Source of the DNA: Acetatifactor sp.
Lineage (GTDB): Bacteria > Bacillota > Clostridia > Lachnospirales > Lachnospiraceae
Direction: 5' to 3'
DNA length: 64,000 bases
Assembly (NCBI GenBank): GCA_045545375.1
Contig: JAZQAT010000064.1
Coordinates: forward strand, 684-64,683
The translations under genes and the position numbers were made by a program. The notes beneath the pieces were generated by a model, which saw nothing but the letters and a program-made list of their open reading frames with translations, was not told the origin of the DNA and did no database searches. Shown here piece by piece: positions 10,426 through 19,553 of this stretch. Positions within the stretch are counted from its first letter, which is position 1. Every line of letters begins with the position of its first letter.

Positions 10426-10463
10426 AAAACAGCGCCATATGTTTTCGCATATAGCGCTGTTTT
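10426..10463. terminator. Hairpin/terminator downstream of LysR (also a copy of a shared dyad)
   Basis: aaaacagcgccatatg-ttttcg-catatagcgctgtttt. Confidence 0.6.
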
Positions 10464-10477
10464 GCCAACTTACCTAT

Positions 10478-11416
10478 TTAGTTATACTTTGCAGCAGCCA
10501 CTTCCACCTTGGACTCATAGATTTTCTTCTGAAAAAGTTTGTCGTACTCACCAAGCTGATAATCCTGCCTGTAGATCAGCACGTCCTTGTACAGATTGTT
10601 CTCCATCTTGCAGGCACGCTGTACCAGACGGTTTTTCTCCAAATAAGAATCCGGAATAGGGGAAACCCACATGTATGTAGTGGGTACATTTGCCAAAAGA
10701 TCAAATTGACTTCCTCTCTCATAAACATAAATGGTCTTACTCTCCGGAGCTTTTCCTGAAGCTATAGTTTTTCCTGTAGTTTTCGTATGGGGAGCATCGA
10801 TATCTGCATGGGTAATTTTCACATAGTCCTGCAAATCCTCCACAGTAATAACCGGCTTATATGCTAAAGGATGTTTTATTGACATTACCAATACATACTC
10901 AAATTCCCAGATGGTTTCATGCTCCAGCTTATTATTTTTCAGACAGGTTTTAAAATAATCTTCATCCGATTTCTGATACCGGATGATTCCCATATTATAT
11001 CCACGATCTGTCACATTGGATATGGTCTTCAAAGCATTGGTTTCATTAATAGTGATGTCTATGCCATGATTGATCTGCAGTTCTGATACAAAGGCTGTAA
11101 AGCCATTTGCAATATAACTGCCTCTTGGAATAGATATTTTAAATTTCTGATTAGCATCACCGTTTTGTTTCGATATCTTCTCCATCTCAGCAAGCTGTTC
11201 CATCATTTTTCGGGCATGATACAGAAACTCGCTCCCCTTCTCTGTGACTTTAATTCCACTGGAAGTTCTGCTGAAAATGGCATATCCCAATTCTTCCTCC
11301 AGATCCTTTATCGCTTTGCTTAAGTTCGGCTGTGCCATGTACAGGCTTTGCGCTGCCTGTGTGATAGAACCTGCACGTTCTACCTCTAATGCGTATTTAA
11401 AATATAGTGTATTCAT
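10478..11416 (-). CDS. LysR-family regulator
   Basis: N-terminal HTH GSITQAAQSLYMAQPNLSKAIKDLEEELG. Confidence 0.93.
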   Translation of the reverse strand: MNTLYFKYALEVERAGSITQAAQSLYMAQPNLSKAIKDLEEELGYAIFSRTSSGIKVTEKGSEFLYHARKMMEQLAEMEKISKQNGDANQKFKISIPRGSYIANGFTAFVSELQINHGIDITINETNALKTISNVTDRGYNMGIIRYQKSDEDYFKTCLKNNKLEHETIWEFEYVLVMSIKHPLAYKPVITVEDLQDYVKITHADIDAPHTKTTGKTIASGKAPESKTIYVYERGSQFDLLANVPTTYMWVSPIPDSYLEKNRLVQRACKMENNLYKDVLIYRQDYQLGEYDKLFQKKIYESKVEVAAAKYN

Positions 11417-11578
11417 TTTTCCTCATTCAATCTGTGCCCCGATTACGTTGGCTGATCGAATTATCTCCTGCAATCGACTAGGCGCTATATGTTCCTCAAT
11501 ATGTTTTCTATATATTAACATGAATTAATAAGTTTTATACTTTAGTTGGGAACAATAGACCTTTTGCCCTCAACATCA

Positions 11579-12955
11579 TTATAATGCATTTTTGCGCCAT
11601 TTTCCTCTTCTGTAAAAAATGGCAGTTAGTATTGCTCCCAGCACCCAGGAAACAAGCAATGAAATAAACAGACATTCCAACCGGCCGTTCGGGTACGCAT
11701 CACTCTTCGTCAGATAGACCAGACCATATGCCAGGGGCACGCGTATAATGATCGTCTGTACAATGGAGATCCACATGGGTGTCATCGTATCACCTGCGCC
11801 ACGCATGACACCTGACAGACTCTGAGTTACTGCGACTGCAATATATCCTGCTGCCAGAATACGCATCATGCTCATGCTAAGTTCTACTAATGATGTTGTA
11901 TCTGTAAAAATACCCATGAGGTACTTGCCAAAAAGTAATATAGCTCCTGTAATCATGACAGATGTGCCAATTGCCATAACAGTTCCCTGTTTGGCACCTT
12001 TTGAAACGCGGTCATATTGGCCTGCTCCCACATTTTGCCCGGCATAAGTAGTCATTGCTGTACCAAATGAAAAGTTGGGTAGCATAGCAAAACCATCCAC
12101 ACGCATAATAATAACATTAGCAGCTATAAACTGTTCTCCAAAACTATTGGTAAGTGCCTGCACCAGAATCATGGCCATGGACATAATAGCCTGTGTGATA
12201 CCGGAAGGCAGCCCCAAGCGAATGACATTCCACGCGATTTCCTTATCCAGTTTGAAATATTTCAGCTTAAAGTCAAACAAATCTTTCATTTTCATCAGCT
12301 TTCGTACACAAAGCACCGCCGATACTGCCTGTGCGATCACTGTTGCCAATGCAACACCGGCAACTCCCATATTTAATTTTGCCACAAAAAGTATATCCAG
12401 AACAATGTTCAGTAAGCTTGCCACTACCAGGTACAACAGCGCAGAGACAGAGTCGCCAAGACCTCTCAACACACCGCAGAGAATGTTATAATACGCCAGT
12501 CCTGCAATTCCGATAAACAGAATCTGTAAATAAGAGGTGCACCAGTCAAGGATACTCTCAGGCGTATCCAGAAGTATCAGTAACGGCCTTGAAGCAAGTG
12601 TGGCAACAATCATAATAAATACAGATGCAATCGCTGTCAGAACGATGCAATTCCCAATAGTCTTGGACAATTCTTCTCTCTTTCTCGCTCCAAAATACTG
12701 AGATACCATGATCGTAGCACCTGTACTGATCCCAATGAACAACACAAGCAACAAATTAAAAATGGGACCGGCGCTTCCTACTGCGGCAAGGGCATTATCC
12801 CCAATATATTTACCAACGACAACACTATCTACTGTGTTGTAAAGCTGCTGGGCAATATTTCCGAGAAGCATCGGGAATGTAAAGAGCAGAATCTTCTCCC
12901 ACGGTCTTCCATCCGTCATGTCTACTGCTGCAAATAATTTCTTTAAACGTTCCAT
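11579..12955 (-). CDS. MATE family efflux transporter
   Basis: QQLYNTVDSVVVG, RGLGDS, GQNVGAG, RGAGDT repeats; highly hydrophobic. Confidence 0.95.
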   Translation of the reverse strand: MERLKKLFAAVDMTDGRPWEKILLFTFPMLLGNIAQQLYNTVDSVVVGKYIGDNALAAVGSAGPIFNLLLVLFIGISTGATIMVSQYFGARKREELSKTIGNCIVLTAIASVFIMIVATLASRPLLILLDTPESILDWCTSYLQILFIGIAGLAYYNILCGVLRGLGDSVSALLYLVVASLLNIVLDILFVAKLNMGVAGVALATVIAQAVSAVLCVRKLMKMKDLFDFKLKYFKLDKEIAWNVIRLGLPSGITQAIMSMAMILVQALTNSFGEQFIAANVIIMRVDGFAMLPNFSFGTAMTTYAGQNVGAGQYDRVSKGAKQGTVMAIGTSVMITGAILLFGKYLMGIFTDTTSLVELSMSMMRILAAGYIAVAVTQSLSGVMRGAGDTMTPMWISIVQTIIIRVPLAYGLVYLTKSDAYPNGRLECLFISLLVSWVLGAILTAIFYRRGKWRKNAL

Positions 12956-12970
12956 ACTTTTGTCCTAAAA

Positions 12971-12998
12971 GGCGCTATTTGAAAATTCATATAGCGCC
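12971..12998. promoter_or_regulatory. Dyad (terminator or operator) between rho and MATE
   Basis: ggcgctatttg-aaaatt-catatagcgcc, followed by TTTT on the minus strand. Confidence 0.5.
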
Positions 12999-13019
12999 CG
13001 TATTCCTATTATTTTTCTT

Positions 13020-13096
13020 GTTACAGTGCACTCGTCAGCTCAGTCAGGAAAAGCGCCGTAGGCGCGACTTTGCGAATGACACACGTGAACCTCTTG
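13020..13096. repeat. Internally deleted, degenerate copy of the GTTACAGTTCAC element
   Basis: gttacagtgcactcgtcagc..gtcaggaaaagcgccgtaggcgc..ctttgcgaatg..gtgaac matches both ends of the 19333-19515 copy. Confidence 0.8.
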
Positions 13097-13098
13097 TT

Positions 13099-14829
13099 TT
13101 AGAGGAATCTGTTCTTTTTCACTAAGGAAACAAACTCTTTGTTATTCCTGGTGCGTGAGAACATATCCAGGATCTTGTCCGTTGCTTCATCCGGCTTCAG
13201 ACCGTTCAGTGCTTTACGCATGATGTTGATAGCTTCCAGCTCGTCCGCATCCAACAGAAGATCCTCTCTTCTGGTGCCGGATTTCTGTAAGTCGATAGCC
13301 GGGAAGATACGCTTCTCGGAAAGCTTACGGTCCAGGATCATTTCCATGTTACCGGTACCTTTGAATTCCTCGTATACTACATCGTCCATCTTACTTCCGG
13401 TATCTACCAGCGCAGTAGCAAGGATAGTCAGGCTGCCGCCTTCACGCATATTACGTGCCGCACCGAAGAATCTCTTCGGCATATGCAGGGCAGATGGATC
13501 CAGACCACCGGACAGCGTACGTCCGCTGGGTGGAACTACCTGGTTGTAAGCACGTGTCAGACGGGTGATACTGTCTATCAGGATAACGACATCTTTCTTA
13601 TGTTCTACCAATCTCTTGGCACGCTCAATCACCATTTCGGATACTCTCTTATGATGCTCCGGCAATTCGTCGAAAGTAGAATAGATTACTTCCACATTTT
13701 CGCCCTGAATAGCCTCACGGATATCGGTAACTTCCTCAGGACGCTCGTCAATCAGAAGGATCAGCATATGCATACGAGGGTTGGTGCGCAGGATGGACTT
13801 TGCCACTTCCTTCAACAGAGTGGTCTTACCTGCTTTCGGCGGGGATACAATCATACCACGTTGTCCCTTACCGACAGGGCTAACCAGATCCATAACTCTC
13901 ATGGCTACGCTGCTGCCCGGGGTTTCAAGGTTGATTCTTTCATTGGGGAAAATAGGGGTCATATCCTCGAAGTTCATTCTTCTGGATGCTTCTTCCACAG
14001 TATATCCGTTAATGGAACGCACAAACAAAAGGGCACTGAACTTCTCCTGCTGGGTCTTGATTCTCTTATTTCCTTTTAAAATATCACCGGTTTTCAGACC
14101 GAAACGTCTGATCTGGCTGGGCGCTACATAGACATCGTTCTCACCGGGCATATAGTTCTCGCAGCGAATAAATCCATAACCATCCGGCATTACTTCCAGT
14201 ATACCGCTGGCTTCCACACCACTGTCCAGTTCCTTGGGATACTGGCTCTCATCATATGCCTCCTGAGGACGATAAACTGCACGCTGCTGACGTTCTTCTA
14301 CTGCCTCACTATTGTCACTCCGCATATCATTTCTATTATCACGCGCAGCATTGTCAGTACGGCTGTTATCATTCTTCTTATAATTATTATAGTTACCGGA
14401 ATTACTTGCGTAATTATTATTTCTGGTGTAATTTCCGTTACCTGATGCTTCGTATCTATTAGAACCACCTTCCACTCTGGAGGCTGACTGACTTTCGTTG
14501 CGCACGAAACTGATTCTGGACTCCGGCTTTCTCTGGAATTCCTGATTCACTTTAACTACAGTTCTATTCTGGGCAGGCTTTGTCCCTTCTTCTCTGGCAG
14601 GTGCTGCAGCTTTGGGTGCTTCTTCTCTGGCAGGTGCTGCGGACTTAGGTGCTTCCTCCTTAGCAGGTGAAGGCTTTTCACTTTCTGTCTTGCTCTTCTC
14701 TTTCTCATCTTCAGCCAACATCAATTCAATCAATGCAGCCTTCTTCATGATAGAGACACCTTTCAAGCCACGTGCTTTTGCAAGTTCTTTCAACTGTACA
14801 AGCTGTAGTGATTCATATTTTTCTCTCAT
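13099..14829 (-). CDS. rho: Transcription termination factor Rho with long N-terminal insertion
   Basis: GILEVMPDGYGFIR, GKGQRGMIVSPPKAGKT, LIDERPEEVTD, SGRTLSGG, EEFKGTGNME; start at ATG 14829 behind AGGAGG. Confidence 0.97.
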   Translation of the reverse strand: MREKYESLQLVQLKELAKARGLKGVSIMKKAALIELMLAEDEKEKSKTESEKPSPAKEEAPKSAAPAREEAPKAAAPAREEGTKPAQNRTVVKVNQEFQRKPESRISFVRNESQSASRVEGGSNRYEASGNGNYTRNNNYASNSGNYNNYKKNDNSRTDNAARDNRNDMRSDNSEAVEERQQRAVYRPQEAYDESQYPKELDSGVEASGILEVMPDGYGFIRCENYMPGENDVYVAPSQIRRFGLKTGDILKGNKRIKTQQEKFSALLFVRSINGYTVEEASRRMNFEDMTPIFPNERINLETPGSSVAMRVMDLVSPVGKGQRGMIVSPPKAGKTTLLKEVAKSILRTNPRMHMLILLIDERPEEVTDIREAIQGENVEVIYSTFDELPEHHKRVSEMVIERAKRLVEHKKDVVILIDSITRLTRAYNQVVPPSGRTLSGGLDPSALHMPKRFFGAARNMREGGSLTILATALVDTGSKMDDVVYEEFKGTGNMEMILDRKLSEKRIFPAIDLQKSGTRREDLLLDADELEAINIMRKALNGLKPDEATDKILDMFSRTRNNKEFVSLVKKNRFL

Positions 14830-14994
14830 TCGGTTCCTCCTGAATATATTAAATGAAAATGAACCCGGCATATGCCATTCATTCAATTAACTTATATAAA
14901 TAGTAAATTGGGGGTAAGGGTTAATTGTATTCAATCAAGATGTGTCTTGGACGTGTGACCATGACTTCAAGACTCGATTTGTCGTACTGGGGTC

Positions 14995-15023
14995 ATTATA
15001 ACTCATTTTTTTCCAAATAGCAA
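14995..15023 (-). promoter_or_regulatory. sigmaA promoter of rho
   Basis: TTGCTA (15018-15023) -17 nt- TATAAT (14995-15000). Confidence 0.6.
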
Positions 15024-15137
15024 GCCCAAAACACTTGCGATGTATCAAATTTTATTATATTATTGATACAGTTCAGTAGAACAATTATTTCACCTGAATC
15101 AGAAATACACTATATAATCAGAAAAGAGGATGTCGTC

Positions 15138-16292
15138 ATGACTACAAACGAAAAAGCATTATATCTGCATGAACAATGGAACGGCAAGCTGGAAACCATT
15201 TCCAAGACCCCTGTGAAGTCCCGTGAGGATCTGTCTCTGGCTTATACTCCCGGTGTAGCCGAACCCTGTAAAGTCATCGCCCAGGATAAAGAAGCTGCTT
15301 ATAAATATACAATGAAGGCAAACACGGTAGCGGTAGTTTCCGATGGAAGCGCCGTACTCGGTCTGGGCAATATCGGACCTCATGCTGCCATGCCTGTTAT
15401 GGAAGGCAAAGCCGTTCTTTTTAAAGAGTTCGGTGGTGTCAATGCAGTGCCGATCTGCCTGGATACTCAGGACACAGAAGAGATCATTAAGGCTGTCACC
15501 TGGCTTGCTCCCGGCTTTGGCGGAATCAATCTGGAGGACATCAGCGCTCCCCGCTGTTTTGAAATCGAAGAGCGCCTGAAAGCCACGCTTGATATTCCTG
15601 TCTTCCATGATGATCAGCACGGTACCGCCATTGTAGTATTGGCAGGTATCATCAATGCCCTGAAAGTGGTCGGCAAAAAGAAAGAGGATTGTAAAATTGT
15701 AGTAAACGGTGCAGGAAGTGCAGGAGTGGCAATTACAAAGCTCCTTCTCACCTACGGTTTTCCCAATATTGTAATGTGTGACAAGGTCGGCATCGTTTCC
15801 GGAGCTACTGAAGGACTCAACTGGATGCAGAAGAAAATGGCCGAAGTGACCAACCTGCAGAATGAGACCGGTACTCTGGCTGATGCACTGAAGGGTGCAG
15901 ATATCTTTATCGGTGTGTCCGCTCCCAATATGGTATCTCCTGAAATGGTCGCTTCCATGAATAAGGATGCCATTCTCTTTGCCATGGCTAACCCCGTTCC
16001 CGAGATCATGCCGGACGCAGCCAAGGCAGCCGGTGCCCGCGTAGTGGGAACAGGACGCAGTGACTTCCCTAATCAGGTGAATAACGTAATCGCTTTCCCC
16101 GGTATTTTTAAGGGTGCCCTTGAGGGACGTGCCACCCAGATTACCGAGGAAATGAAGTTAGCCGCTGCAGAAGCGATTGCAAGTCTGGTACCTGCAGAAG
16201 AATTAAATGAAAATAATATTCTGCCGGAAGCCTTCAATCCTAAGGTCGCAGAACTGGTGGCTGAGGCTGTAAAGTCTCACATTAAACGCTAA
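15138..16292 (+). CDS. NAD(P)-dependent malic enzyme
   Basis: LAYTPGVAEPC, AVLGLGNIG, INLEDI, FHDDQHGTA, GAGSAG, AMANPVPE, GRSDFPNQVNN; start ATG 15138 behind GAGGA. Confidence 0.95.
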   Translation: MTTNEKALYLHEQWNGKLETISKTPVKSREDLSLAYTPGVAEPCKVIAQDKEAAYKYTMKANTVAVVSDGSAVLGLGNIGPHAAMPVMEGKAVLFKEFGGVNAVPICLDTQDTEEIIKAVTWLAPGFGGINLEDISAPRCFEIEERLKATLDIPVFHDDQHGTAIVVLAGIINALKVVGKKKEDCKIVVNGAGSAGVAITKLLLTYGFPNIVMCDKVGIVSGATEGLNWMQKKMAEVTNLQNETGTLADALKGADIFIGVSAPNMVSPEMVASMNKDAILFAMANPVPEIMPDAAKAAGARVVGTGRSDFPNQVNNVIAFPGIFKGALEGRATQITEEMKLAAAEAIASLVPAEELNENNILPEAFNPKVAELVAEAVKSHIKR

Positions 16293-17257
16293 TGTCAAAT
16301 AAGGACTGTAAGGTACAGCTGCCGGATAACTGGCTGGGCAAGCCCTACTATTCTCTGGATGCTTACTGCAAATATACGTTTCATCATAAGTGTTATAAAA
16401 TCGCCCTGGATGCCCATATGACCTGTCCCAACCGGGACGGCACCCTGGACAGTCGGGGCTGTATCTTCTGCAGCGCAGGAGGCAGCGGTGATTTTGCAGT
16501 CAGTACCTTGGGACGTACCATAGAGGAACAGCTGAAAGAAGGACTCACTCTTTTTCATGGAAAAAAGACAGGAGAACATTTTATAGCTTATTTTCAGGCT
16601 TATACCAACACTTATGCTCCGCTTTCCTATCTGGAGCAGGTTTATACACAGGCATTAGAACACCCTGATATCTGCGGTATCTCCATTGCAACCAGACCGG
16701 ATTGTCTTGGGGATGATGTACTTTCATTGTTGACTGAACTTATGCAACGCTACCCGGAGAAATTTATCTGGATTGAGCTTGGATTACAGTCCATTCATGA
16801 AGCTTCTGCCGCCTTCATTCGCAGAGGTTACGATTTGAATTGTTTTGCAGACAGCTTCTGCAAATTGAAAGAACGCTCCATTCCGGTAATCGTGCATGTC
16901 ATACTGGGGCTTCCCGGAGAAACACCGGAAGATATGTACGAGACCATTCGTTATCTGAACCACTGCCAGCCTTTTGGCATCAAGTTACAGCTTCTTCATG
17001 TGCTGAAAGGAACCGATCTGGCTTCTCTTTATCAACAGGGCAGTTTTGAGACGTTATCCAAGGATGATTATCTTGATATCCTCATCCACTGCCTGGAATT
17101 GCTCCGTCCCGAGATCGTTGTCCACAGAGTCACCGGTGACGGGCCGAAAGAACTGACCATTGCTCCGTTATGGAGCCTTCATAAAAGGGATGTGCTGAAT
17201 TCCCTGCATGCAAGGATGCGCATACAGGGGGCTTATCAGGGCAGACTTTACAAGTAA
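16292..17257 (+). CDS. Radical SAM protein, YhcC/YtqA (TIGR01212) family
   Basis: CPNRDG..GCIFC, AYFQAYTNTY, ATRPDC, ELGLQS, HRVTGDG. Confidence 0.9.
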   Translation: MSNKDCKVQLPDNWLGKPYYSLDAYCKYTFHHKCYKIALDAHMTCPNRDGTLDSRGCIFCSAGGSGDFAVSTLGRTIEEQLKEGLTLFHGKKTGEHFIAYFQAYTNTYAPLSYLEQVYTQALEHPDICGISIATRPDCLGDDVLSLLTELMQRYPEKFIWIELGLQSIHEASAAFIRRGYDLNCFADSFCKLKERSIPVIVHVILGLPGETPEDMYETIRYLNHCQPFGIKLQLLHVLKGTDLASLYQQGSFETLSKDDYLDILIHCLELLRPEIVVHRVTGDGPKELTIAPLWSLHKRDVLNSLHARMRIQGAYQGRLYK

Positions 17258-17274
17258 TATTGGGAGGAAAACTT

Positions 17275-17790
17275 ATGCTTCAGGATCCGCTTACACTTTA
17301 CAAATTAATCGTTCTCTATATGCTGAACAGGGTTTCCTTTCCGCTTACCACAGCACAGATCAGTGACTTTATCCTGGATAAGGACTATACCAATTTCCTG
17401 ACACTGCAGCAGGTCATCAATGAGCTTACCGAAACCGGCATGATTTCTGCCCAGACTATTCGAAACAGAACTCATCTGGCAGTCACTGATGAGGGTCGGG
17501 AAACGCTTCAATATTTTGAAAATCGTATCAGTGATACCATAAAAAATGAAATCAATGAATATCTTCGCAAGAATGAGTTCACGCTGCGAAATGAAGTTTC
17601 TGTACTGGCTGATTACTATAAGTCCACTTCCGGCGAGTACGAGGCCAGACTGATTGCAAAAGACCGCGGTGTCAATCTGGTAGACATCACCTTGTCTGTT
17701 CCTATGGAAGAAATGGCATCTTCTATCTGTGATAACTGGCAGAAGAAGAATCAGGCAATTTATAAGTATCTGATTGAGCAATTGTTTTAA
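17275..17790 (+). CDS. DUF4364-like winged-helix protein
   Basis: YKLIVLYML..V.FPLT..QIS.FIL pattern recognised from Clostridia; ATG behind GGAGG. Confidence 0.7.
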   Translation: MLQDPLTLYKLIVLYMLNRVSFPLTTAQISDFILDKDYTNFLTLQQVINELTETGMISAQTIRNRTHLAVTDEGRETLQYFENRISDTIKNEINEYLRKNEFTLRNEVSVLADYYKSTSGEYEARLIAKDRGVNLVDITLSVPMEEMASSICDNWQKKNQAIYKYLIEQLF

Positions 17791-17800
17791 CCAATTTAAA

Positions 17801-17849
17801 AAATGGCAGGACAGAAAAGGGTTTTTTCAACTCTTCTGTCCTGCCATTT
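17801..17849. terminator. Bidirectional terminator
   Basis: aaatggcaggacagaa...ttctgtcctgccattt between convergent genes. Confidence 0.8.
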
Positions 17850-17864
17850 GCAGACTGCACAGTC

Positions 17865-19208
17865 TTATTCATACCGCTCCTTTTGTCCCGCTTCCCGCCT
17901 GATTCTGCGCATATGTTCCTTTATCTTCACCTCATATCCGTTCCCTGTAGGTCTGTAGAATTCTTTTCCGTTTAACTCATAAGGAAGATACTGCTGTTCC
18001 ACATAATGATTGGGATAATCATGTGCGTATTTATATCCTGTTCCGTGTCCCAATTTTGCCGCTCCTTTATAATGGGCATCCTGCAAATGTGCAGGGATCG
18101 GCAGGTTGCCTGTCTCTTCCACTTCCCGCATAGCTTCAAACACTGCATTACAGGAAGCGTTACTCTTTGGGGCGCTTGCCACATAAGTGACCGCCTGGGC
18201 AAGAATAATCTGTGCCTCCGGCATCCCTACTCTTTCTACCGCCAGAGAAGCGTTGACTGCCACTACCAGAGCGTTAGGATCTGCATTTCCTACATCCTCA
18301 GATGCGCAGATCATGATCCGTCGTGCAATAAAAGTCACGCTCTCTCCCGCATAAAGCATTCTGGCCAGATAATACACCGCTGCATCGGGATCTGAGCCCC
18401 GCATACTTTTGATAAAAGCGGAAATCGTATCGTAATGATTATCCCCGTTCTTATCATATCTGACCGCCCGTTTTTGAATGCACTCCTGTGCCACCTCCAA
18501 GGTAATATGAATCTGACCGTCCTCTGCTCTCTGAGTCGTCATAATGCCCAGTTCAATGGCATTTAAAGCATGTCTGGCATCTCCTCCCGCGATATCTGCC
18601 AAGAAATCCAGTGCATCCTCATCGATGACTGCATGGTAGGCCCCCATGCCCCGTTCCGTGTCATAAACCGCTTTCCTGAGAAGCTCCTTCACCGCCTCTT
18701 TTGGAATCGGCTTCAGCTCAAAGATGACAGATCTGGATATCAATGCACTGTTTACCTCAAAATACGGGTTCTCCGTGGTAGCACCTATGAGAATCAAGGT
18801 ACCATCCTCTACAAAAGGCAGCAGATAGTCCTGCTGGCTTTTATTAAAGCGATGGATTTCATCAATAAAAAGGATGGTTCGTTTCCCGTACATCCCCTGC
18901 AGTTCCTTTGCTTTGGCTACTACTTCCTCCATATCTTTCTTGCCCGCCACCGTGGCATTGATCTGAGTAAATTCAGCACTGGTAGTGTTGGCTATGACCT
19001 TTGCTAAAGTCGTCTTGCCGGTTCCGGGCGGTCCATAGAAAATGACAGAGCTGATCTTATCCGCTTTGATTGCCCGGTAAAGCAGTTTGTCTTTACCGAT
19101 AATGTGCTCCTGTCCAACGACTTCCTCCAGCGTTCTGGGACGCATCCTGGCAGCCAGAGGCGATTCTTTTTCCATATTTGTAGCCCGCATATATTCAAAA
19201 AGATCCAT
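17865..19208 (-). CDS. rarA: Replication-associated recombination protein A (MgsA/RarA AAA+ ATPase)
   Basis: PLAARMRP, GPPGTGKT, DEIHRFNKSQQD, GATTENP, ISAFIKSMRGSDPDAA; start MDLF at 19208. Confidence 0.95.
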   Translation of the reverse strand: MDLFEYMRATNMEKESPLAARMRPRTLEEVVGQEHIIGKDKLLYRAIKADKISSVIFYGPPGTGKTTLAKVIANTTSAEFTQINATVAGKKDMEEVVAKAKELQGMYGKRTILFIDEIHRFNKSQQDYLLPFVEDGTLILIGATTENPYFEVNSALISRSVIFELKPIPKEAVKELLRKAVYDTERGMGAYHAVIDEDALDFLADIAGGDARHALNAIELGIMTTQRAEDGQIHITLEVAQECIQKRAVRYDKNGDNHYDTISAFIKSMRGSDPDAAVYYLARMLYAGESVTFIARRIMICASEDVGNADPNALVVAVNASLAVERVGMPEAQIILAQAVTYVASAPKSNASCNAVFEAMREVEETGNLPIPAHLQDAHYKGAAKLGHGTGYKYAHDYPNHYVEQQYLPYELNGKEFYRPTGNGYEVKIKEHMRRIRREAGQKERYE

Positions 19209-19294
19209 TCTTGCTTTCCTCAACTTTCTGCAGTTCAGCGATTCATTCATTGACTGAACTGTAATTATATTCATTATATCCGCGAAACTGGTAT

Positions 19295-19323
19295 TTGACA
19301 ATATCTTCCTGATAAGTTACTAT
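19295..19323 (+). promoter_or_regulatory. sigmaA promoter upstream of structured element and ligase-like gene
   Basis: TTGACA (19295-19300) -17 nt- TACTAT (19318-19323). Confidence 0.65.
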
Positions 19324-19332
19324 TTTAGTTAA

Positions 19333-19515
19333 GTTACAGTTCACACGTCAGCCACTGTCAGGAAAAGCGCATGCTCGCATGCGGCTTTCCCTGCCAGTGG
19401 CTGACGAAAGGAGCGCCATTCTATGAGCAAAGTTAGCTGCGAAGCAGCGAGAAAGCGCCGTAGGCGCCTAAAGAACCAGAGGTTCTTTGCGAATGGCGCG
19501 GGTGTGAACTGTAAC
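19333..19515. repeat. 183-bp structured element with perfect 14-bp terminal inverted repeats (MITE/REP-like)
   Basis: gttacagttcacac ... gtgtgaactgtaac with several nested hairpins; related copies at 13020 and 30720. Confidence 0.85.
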
Positions 19516-19553
19516 GTTACAAGGTTACACGGATAACATCAGGAGGAATTAAA

